This document shows positions 60,686-64,000 of a stretch of DNA of 64,000 bases, piece by piece. Every line of letters starts with the position of its first letter. Position 1 is the stretch's first letter. The notes under the pieces were generated by a model, which had not been told where the DNA came from, searched no databases, and saw only the letters and a program-made list of their open reading frames with translations. A program made the position numbers and the translations under genes. Source of the stretch: Candidatus Poribacteria bacterium. GTDB taxonomy: Bacteria > Poribacteria > WGA-4E > WGA-3G. Where the stretch lies: positions 3,197,610-3,261,609 of the forward strand of contig OZ219753.1 of the NCBI GenBank assembly GCA_964291315.2, given 5' to 3'.

Positions 60686-61414
60686 ATGTCCAAAATTAAA
60701 TCCGTGCTACTTTGGGAAAACCAACGGCGGTATATCCGAGAGGCGATTGATGCCGGTACACTCAAGGGCGCGATTATTCCAACAGGCAGCACAGAACAAC
60801 ACAATGAGCACTTGGCAATGTATCATGATACACAAAGTGCAGTGCATGTCTCTAAATTAGTAGCCGAAAGGTTATTTCCACAGGTTGTCGTCACGACACC
60901 CTTAGCGATCGGTGTATCCGAGCACTGGATGGACCACAAGGGTACCTTGACACTCCGCCCAGAAGTCTTCGGTGAGGTGCTATACGATGTCGCTGATAGC
61001 GTGCATCGACATGGAATCGACAACATCTTGATTGTCAACGGGCACGCGGGGAACGCGGGGCCAGTGAACGATCGGTTAAGCGGTTACCGAGAGAAACTCG
61101 GCATTAATATCGTATTTCACTCCTACTGGGAAGCTTATACTGAAAAATTGGTCAAGGTGCAGATGGAATCCGGCATTTGTCCGGGGCACGCAGCAGAATT
61201 CGAGACAGCGTTCGCGCTCGCTGCTTTTGCGGAAAATGTTGATTGGAACGGTGTAGATTACGACAGAGCAAAACTTACGATCTCTAACGAAGAACAAGCA
61301 AAAGAGGATAGGGAATATCACCACCAAGCCAAGTTAGCAACGGTTGAAAAAGGACAAGCGATGATTGATGTCGCTGTGGAGTGGCTAGTAGAAAAAATGC
61401 AGGTAATGCTCTAA
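60686..61414 (+). CDS. Creatininase family amidohydrolase
   Basis: PTGSTEQH.EHL...D, VNGHAGN, GHAAEFET. Confidence 0.9.
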   Translation: MSKIKSVLLWENQRRYIREAIDAGTLKGAIIPTGSTEQHNEHLAMYHDTQSAVHVSKLVAERLFPQVVVTTPLAIGVSEHWMDHKGTLTLRPEVFGEVLYDVADSVHRHGIDNILIVNGHAGNAGPVNDRLSGYREKLGINIVFHSYWEAYTEKLVKVQMESGICPGHAAEFETAFALAAFAENVDWNGVDYDRAKLTISNEEQAKEDREYHHQAKLATVEKGQAMIDVAVEWLVEKMQVML

Positions 61415-61485
61415 TAGGTGTGAGTTACCGTTGGTTAATTAAGAGATACGGTTATTGAACGAGAGTACTCTTTTAAATGAGAACC

Positions 61486-61512
61486 CGCCGAGTGCAACCC
61501 GTGCACTCGGCG
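61486..61512. terminator. Perfect hairpin between convergent genes
   Basis: cgccgagtgca-acccg-tgcactcggcg. Confidence 0.65.
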
Positions 61513-61534
61513 TTGATCCGAACTAATAAGGTTT

Positions 61535-62323
61535 CTAGTGTCCCTCAATAGCCTTCCGTAACCCGCCACCATGCTCTCGCCACCAACTGTAGAGAATAGA
61601 GATATCCGTGCCGATGCAAAAATGTCGTACCCCCATGTCAAGATAGCGTTTCGCGTCATCGGCACTTCCAATTTCAGCACGCGGCGGTACGCCCATCTTT
61701 ATTGCGGTTTTAAACACCTTATCTTGTACCTCACGGATTTCAGGATCCCCGCGCTGACCAACCATTCCAACACTCATAGAATAATCTGAACCGCCCCATT
61801 GAATCATATCAACGCCTTCAACAGACAAGACCTCCTCAAGGTGTTCAACAGTGCCTCTCTTTTCTATCATAATAACAACAACGACATCACGGAGCGCCTG
61901 GACGTATTCTGGACCGCCGCCGTACCCCATATAGGAGAAACGGCGGGTCGCCACACCGTAACTGCCACCATCTTCAGGGGTATCGGCACGGGTAATACGA
62001 ACGCATTCCTCGACATCTTTGACATTCTGACAGTCTGCGTAAAGAACGCTCTGGAAACCAGAGCCAATTGCGCGTTGTGCGATGAAGCCGCGTGGCTCCT
62101 GGTCAACTTTAATCATTGTGGAGATATTGTGAAGTTCAGCTGCTCGGCACAAATTATCGAGATCGTGCAGATCAAACGGGCCGTATTCGCCCACAAATTC
62201 GACATAATCGTACATCCCAGTGTGCCCAATCGCTTCAACGATGGAGGGCCAGGTAGTATGGATATGCGTGCCAACAGTAGGTTTGTCAGCAGTTAACAGT
62301 TCTCGGAAGGTGTTTCTTCTCAT
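61535..62323 (-). CDS. HpcH/HpaI aldolase family protein
   Basis: MIE, GVDMIQWGGSDYSMSVG pattern; GAGGAG RBS. Confidence 0.88.
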   Translation of the reverse strand: MRRNTFRELLTADKPTVGTHIHTTWPSIVEAIGHTGMYDYVEFVGEYGPFDLHDLDNLCRAAELHNISTMIKVDQEPRGFIAQRAIGSGFQSVLYADCQNVKDVEECVRITRADTPEDGGSYGVATRRFSYMGYGGGPEYVQALRDVVVVIMIEKRGTVEHLEEVLSVEGVDMIQWGGSDYSMSVGMVGQRGDPEIREVQDKVFKTAIKMGVPPRAEIGSADDAKRYLDMGVRHFCIGTDISILYSWWREHGGGLRKAIEGH

Positions 62324-62588
62324 AAATTGCTCCTCTGTTTTGAAGTATAGGTGACCCTTTTGAATATGGGCTTGCAGGCTGCACCCTAAAGCAAGTCCAT
62401 ATTAACATTAGCAGAGATACACACTTTTTTCAACAACTTTTAACAGCAGGTTTTGAATTGCAAGCCATCCCCCACGGGGTTCCTGTTTTTTTATCTCTAA
62501 CTCTTTTTTCAAACTCACGGTATAATGTAGCATGGCTAAAAACTGCCATCTATTTCAGGCTCCGTGCCAATACCTTTGATTTTTCGCT

Positions 62589-62618
62589 TGACACCATAAG
62601 GTCTATTCGTGTAAAATT
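62589..62618 (+). promoter_or_regulatory. sigma70-type promoter
   Basis: TTGACA-18 bp-TAAAAT with extended TG, upstream of the small lipoprotein. Confidence 0.5.
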
Positions 62619-62720
62619 GCTAAAATTAAAAAAAATGAAAAATTGGTGATAATATGAGGGAGGCACACCCCGTGAGCTTGTTCCTACAATAGCAAAATCT
62701 AAATAGAAGGAGAAATTCAC

Positions 62721-62897
62721 ATGAAAAACATCTATATAACCGCAACGATACTGTTAATCGCCTTGCTGACCCTCGGCGGCCTCTTTGGGTGTGGTCAAGA
62801 TGCACAGATACTACAACCTTCAGTTGAAGAACCTGAGGTGTCTGCTGCACCGGCTATGCCGGTAGCAGTAGTTTCGGTAACGCATTTTAACAGTTAA
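62721..62897 (+). CDS. Small 58-aa lipoprotein (not in ORF track)
   Basis: AAGGAG RBS; MKNIYITATILLIALLTLGGLFG-C lipobox, then GQDAQILQPSVEEPEVSAAPAMPVAVVSVTHFNS*. Confidence 0.7.
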   Translation: MKNIYITATILLIALLTLGGLFGCGQDAQILQPSVEEPEVSAAPAMPVAVVSVTHFNS

Positions 62898-63284
62898 TGG
62901 CTCCCGAAATCTTAGTTCTTTTAACTAACTCGGCAATCTAGGCCACCGGGTTTTTTATATAGTTTTGGTGTGGAGAAAAATGAGGTCGCACCCAGTGGTG
63001 GGAGGGAATAATTGCCATGAGTATCACAGGCTCCGGTGTGAGAATGGGAAGGAAACGGATGCTGATTGAAACACGGATCGATCTGCTGAAAAGTCAGACA
63101 CAGTTGGAACACTTGCAGGATCGGAACTTTAGGAACTGCGAAGTCAATAGATACGCACCGTTGCCAGCGTGCAGTTGTCAGAGCATAAACCGGCCCCGAA
63201 CGACTCTGAACTTCTGCAAAATAGCGCGGAACCCCGCTGCCCTAAATTCTAACTCTTTTATGAAACTTACATGAATGAGAAAAA

Positions 63285-64000
63285 ATGGAAAACTTGATCG
63301 CATTACCAACAAATTTTTCTGATTATTTGAGCATTGAAAACGCAGATATCCGCTTCGAAGAAGCGACTGCGGTTGCAGAAAGCGTCATAGGAGCCGGTGT
63401 AAAGCTTCACGCCAATATGGATCACGCTGCGATTTTCTGTGATCCACCGCACCTTGTGGCAGAGGGTCTAAAACGACTCGGTTACGTCAACGGATGGGAT
63501 GCGCGGTGTTATCCATCCCCTGTTGATGGTTACGATTATATCAATGTCTCTGCACAATTGACAGCGGCTAGTTCTGCCCGCAGCGAAGGATGGTTTGACT
63601 ACGTTGCTGTTGTACATCCTATTGACAAACTAGCACTACAACATATGCTTAGCCAAGGATATGGGAACCCGTTTATCCATCATCTGACCTGGGGACTTGT
63701 GCCGCCTGAACGAACGACGGCTGATGACTTTGAATATGCGAACCGCGTTGTGCCCTTCATGGTGGAAAAACGCCAAGTTATCGGGGAGGCAATCGGCCAG
63801 GCTCCTGGCACTTTGATTATAGCGCTGCCAGAGAACGTCGTCGCGCACCCGAAATTTGAAGAGGCTCTACCGACATGGTTGGAAAACCTTGATGAAGAAG
63901 AATATCAGGTAGAGTCGATGCAGGGAGGCGGTTTTCTGATTCAGTTCTTTGTATTGACAGGCGGCAGGATTGAGGTCGCATTGCGCTTTGACACAACGCA
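63285..64000 (+). CDS. Hypothetical protein, possibly VOC/HPPD-like metalloenzyme; runs off the window end
   Basis: Open frame from ATG 63285 (MENLIALPTNF...) with no stop to 64000; MDHAAI, FIHHLTW, LIQFF...RIE motifs. Confidence 0.65.
   Translation, partial: MENLIALPTNFSDYLSIENADIRFEEATAVAESVIGAGVKLHANMDHAAIFCDPPHLVAEGLKRLGYVNGWDARCYPSPVDGYDYINVSAQLTAASSARSEGWFDYVAVVHPIDKLALQHMLSQGYGNPFIHHLTWGLVPPERTTADDFEYANRVVPFMVEKRQVIGEAIGQAPGTLIIALPENVVAHPKFEEALPTWLENLDEEEYQVESMQGGGFLIQFFVLTGGRIEVALRFDTT

Noticed and set aside
63017-63274. 85-aa ORF
   Set aside because: No recognisable motifs or typical composition; not supported as a gene

Overview
Bacterial chromosomal window from a diderm (LPS-making) organism, most likely Candidatus Poribacteria. 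This is inferred from the secreted WD40 + dockerin-like + 'NYPNPFNP' C-terminal-domain protein, not from a database search. Most of the window is housekeeping (hisF, murJ, thiDE, rsmB, rpsT, ileS, gatB, nadB, valS, hpf, rpoN, lptBAC, lpxL) mixed with secreted beta-propeller proteins and small metabolic enzymes. Three accessory defence islets are embedded in it. (1) An orphan ParA/Soj ATPase + HEPN RNase pair converges on a type IIG R-M gene split at a G8 tract. (2) An intact MTase sits beside a PD-(D/E)xK REase split at an A9 tract, next to a remnant of an older MTase. (3) An intact m4C MTase sits beside a TdeIII/MjaII-like REase with one in-frame TAA. Each restriction gene is therefore one nucleotide away from intact. 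Other highlights: an unannotated leader-peptide attenuator upstream of an IleRS2 with the GVHH motif, a strongly promoted structured ~500-nt ncRNA/leader upstream of the WD40 gene, a ~99-aa insertion in sigma-54, and a 58-aa lipoprotein missed by the ORF track. No rRNA, tRNA, CRISPR array or transposase was seen.
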